Origin: a virus
Lineage: Duplodnaviria > Heunggongvirae > Uroviricota > Caudoviricetes
Virus record (IMG/VR): IMGVR_UViG_2718217897_000003
Direction: 5' to 3' (one strand)
Length of the DNA stretch: 16,591 nt
In this document: positions 15,672 through 16,591 of the stretch, piece after piece
How the letters are laid out: every line of letters starts with the position of its first letter
How positions within the stretch are numbered: position 1 is the first letter of the stretch
The notes under the pieces: model-generated
What the model was told of the DNA's origin: nothing
Seen by the model: the letters and a program-made list of their open reading frames with translations, nothing else
Databases searched by the model: none
Position numbers and translations under genes: made by a program

Positions 15672-16015
15672 CAGCGCGTTATCTCGGAATGAATTGCAGT
15701 GATGGCCTGACTGTCACTGACCTTGAGCATATCAGCCAGAGTATCGGCGATATCCTGCGCACACCGGTCGGCTCGCGGGTGATGCGTCGTGATTACGGCT
15801 CGTTGCTGGCGTCAATGATTGACCAGCCGCAGACCCCGGCGCTTGAGTTGCAGATTAAGGTCGCCTGTTACATGGCGGTGCTGAAATGGGAACCCCGCGT
15901 CACCCTGTCATCCGTCACCACTGAGCGCAGTTTTGACGGGCGAATGACGGTCACCTTAACCGGCCAGCACAACGACACCGGCCAGCCACTTTCGTTAACC
16001 ATCCCTGTGAGTTGA
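15668..16015 (+). CDS. W: Baseplate wedge protein W (gp25-like, 115 aa)
   Basis: MTARYLGMNCSDGLTVTDLEHISQSIGDILRTPVGSRVMRRDYGS... matches P2 gpW as I recall it; ATGA overlap with the V stop. Confidence 0.92.
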   Translation: MTARYLGMNCSDGLTVTDLEHISQSIGDILRTPVGSRVMRRDYGSLLASMIDQPQTPALELQIKVACYMAVLKWEPRVTLSSVTTERSFDGRMTVTLTGQHNDTGQPLSLTIPVS

Positions 16016-16019
16016 AACC

Positions 16020-16124
16020 ATGCCGATTATCGACCTGAACCAGCTACCCGCACCGGATGTGGTCGAGGAGCTGGACTTTGAAACCATTCTCGCCGAACGC
16101 AAGGCGACACTGATTTCCCTTTAC
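16020..16124 (+). pseudogene. J: Baseplate protein J, 5' fragment (first 35 codons only)
   Basis: MPIIDLNQLPAPDVVEELDFETILAERKATLISLY matches the gpJ N-terminus as I recall it. The frame then reads TPKTRNRKSRR and stops, and downstream sequence belongs to another gene in another frame. Confidence 0.75.
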
Positions 16125-16591
16125 ACACCAAAGACCCGAAACCGCAAAAGCAGAAGGTAAAACTGAAACGCAAAAAGAAAGAGAAACACCTGCGCGCACT
16201 GGAGCACCCGAACGCGAAACCGGTCAGGCAGAAGAAAGCGCCTAAAGTACCGGAAGCGCGTGAAGGTGAATACATGGCCGGTGAGGCTGACAACGTTTTT
16301 GCCCTGACCACGGTATATGCCACGAAAGCGCAGGCCATGCGCGCCGCTCAGGCGAAGTGGGATAAGCTGCAACGGGGCGTTGCGGAGTTCTCCATCAGTC
16401 TGGCTACCGGTCGTGCTGATATTTACACGGAAACACCGGTTAAAGTGTCAGGCTTTAAGCGCGTCATAGACGAGCAGGACTGGACAATCACTAAGGTGAC
16501 ACATTTTCTGAATAATAGCGGCTTCACGACGTCCCTGGAGCTTGAGGTCAGGCTTTCTGATGTGGAGTACGAAACAGAAGATGATGAGTGA
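16125..16591 (+). pseudogene. D: Tail protein D, 3' fragment (about 155 codons, no start), analogous to the K-12 yegZ remnant
   Basis: An open frame from 16082 to the TGA at 16589-16591 encodes ...KAQAMRAAQAKWDKLQRGVAEFSISLATGRADIYTETPVKVSGFKRVIDEQDWTITKVTHFLNNSGFTTSLELEVRLSDVEYETEDDE with no plausible start or RBS. It is the last gene before where ogr and attR would lie. Assignment to D rests on position and partial recollection. Confidence 0.6.

Larger units (their letters stand above)
1782..16591. mobile_element. Defective P2-like (Peduovirus-type) prophage, int end at left, continuing beyond the window
   Basis: Gene order int-C-cox-orf78-B-orf80-83-A-[cargo]-cos-Q ... R-S-[cargo]-V-W-J'-D' matches the integrated P2 map, and several products are near-identical to P2 proteins as I recall them. 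Two internal junctions show missing structural genes. Confidence 0.9.

Noticed and set aside
15118-15730. Minus-strand ORFs (90 and 146 aa) overlapping V
   Set aside because: Antisense to a recognisable baseplate gene; Pro/Ser-rich junk translation.
16027-16372. Minus-strand ORFs (103 and 83 aa) across the J'/D' junction
   Set aside because: Antisense, with low-complexity products and no RBS.
1-16591. CRISPR arrays, tRNA or rRNA genes, IS elements
   Set aside because: No repeat-spacer periodicity, no tRNA-like structure at the att site (integration is into an sRNA 3' end, not a tRNA), and no transposase-like ORF or terminal inverted repeats were seen.

Overview
The window holds the host genes yegS and yegR followed by a defective P2-like prophage integrated at the cyaR-proximal attachment site (attL core about 1782-1808); the prophage runs past the window end. 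It retains int, a C-type repressor, cox, orf78, B, orf80-83, A, cos, portal Q, a lysB remnant, lysC, R, S, V, W and fragments of J and D. Two internal deletion junctions (about 12815 and about 16125) have removed terminase, capsid, lysis and most tail genes. Two AT-rich cargo islands sit at variable positions of the P2 backbone. The first, between A and cos (7838-11527), is a three-gene operon: a lipase-like alpha/beta serine hydrolase, a 170-aa protein and an SMC/Rad50-like ABC ATPase with a CxxC hook. I read it as a candidate anti-phage system with Lamassu-like architecture, but family membership is unverified. The second, between S and V (14167-14952), is one opposite-strand gene for a 261-aa three-helix membrane protein. 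No rRNA, tRNA or CRISPR array was seen. All calls rest on reading the sequence and ORF track and on recalled protein families; no searches were run.
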